Part shown: in pieces, positions 63,373 to 64,000 of the stretch
Layout: each line of letters opens with the position of its first letter
How positions within the stretch are numbered: position 1 is the first letter of the stretch
Assembly (NCBI GenBank): GCA_950097015.1
Contig: CATNEN010000002.1
Span: forward strand, 6,448,001 to 6,512,000
Source: Macrostomum hystrix
Lineage: Eukaryota; Animalia; Platyhelminthes
Direction: 5' to 3'
Length of the DNA stretch: 64,000 bases
Notes under the pieces: model-generated
What the model was told of the DNA's origin: nothing
Databases searched by the model: none
Seen by the model: the letters and a program-made list of their open reading frames with translations, nothing else
Program-made: the position numbers and the translations under genes

Positions 63373-63655
63373 TGAGTAGCATTGTGGTCTAACGCGTTTG
63401 CCTTTCTCGCCAAGGTCCCTGAGCTCGATTCCGCGACGAGGGCGAGGCCACATTAATTTGGGGGCTTGTCGTGCAATTTACGCCATTGAGGGGCCAACCC
63501 CAAGGCGAAGTGAGAGTGTACACTGCCTGCCTGTGTACGGTATCCGTAGGCGTGTGTGCTTAAGAGTCAGCGAAATGGGCACCATTGCCTCCTCGCTGGC
63601 TGCGGGTCTAGTGCTGCCAAATGATGTGCCATTGCCCGCCGCCCTCCTGCAGTTT
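63373..63655 (+). mobile_element. SINE family A copy
   Basis: Homologous to 11135-11390 and 32365-32716. Confidence 0.78.
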
Positions 63656-64000
63656 AATATTACTTTATTACTTTACTTTATTATTATAAAAAAAATAATA
63701 CATAAGTTTATGGCTCATTCAAATCGCAATTAAAATTGTCTTGGACACTCCATTGTTTATTATTTTTTATGAACATTCATTTTAAAATTCAAAAATTGTT
63801 CTTTAAATCAATTGATGGCAAGTGCTGAATGAGTATTTAGGTCACTATTTGACACTAAGTAACAATTGGTTGTACACAGCCTCATTTATCTATTGAATGA
63901 CTAGTGTTTTATTATATGCTTGCAAGCAGGAAAAAGTGAATACTAAGATAGTAGTTGATCCGACCAGTACCGAATGGGTCCAAGATCAGTTTTATGGCTT

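Overview
Repeat-rich eukaryotic (animal) genomic DNA with GT-AG spliceosomal introns and the standard code. An invertebrate such as a Macrostomum-like flatworm is plausible, but that is inference only. Host genes assembled by hand from splice sites and frame: CK2-alpha kinase (6 exons, minus), a two-pore K+ channel (3 exons), an intronless p24/TMED protein, an orphan 3-exon coiled-coil gene, a secreted single-WSC-domain protein, and a 3-exon ankyrin-repeat + cGAS-like (Mab-21/cGLR) nucleotidyltransferase with one frameshift lesion. The most striking mobile element is an 11.2-kb Foldback-type Mutator-like transposon (39521-50733). It has 2.4-2.7-kb terminal inverted arms with 12 vs 9 copies of an 89-bp repeat, a spliced ~1085-aa NOF-like DDE transposase fused to a USP-like cysteine-protease domain, and a convergent second gene. 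Also present: an RTE-like LINE, two Crypton-like tyrosine-recombinase relics, a non-autonomous MULE with a nested hAT MITE, two tRNA-derived SINE families, local segmental duplications with templated junctions, and many mini/microsatellites. Most long ORFs in the supplied track are translations of tandem repeats. Domain calls come from motif recognition by eye; no searches were run.
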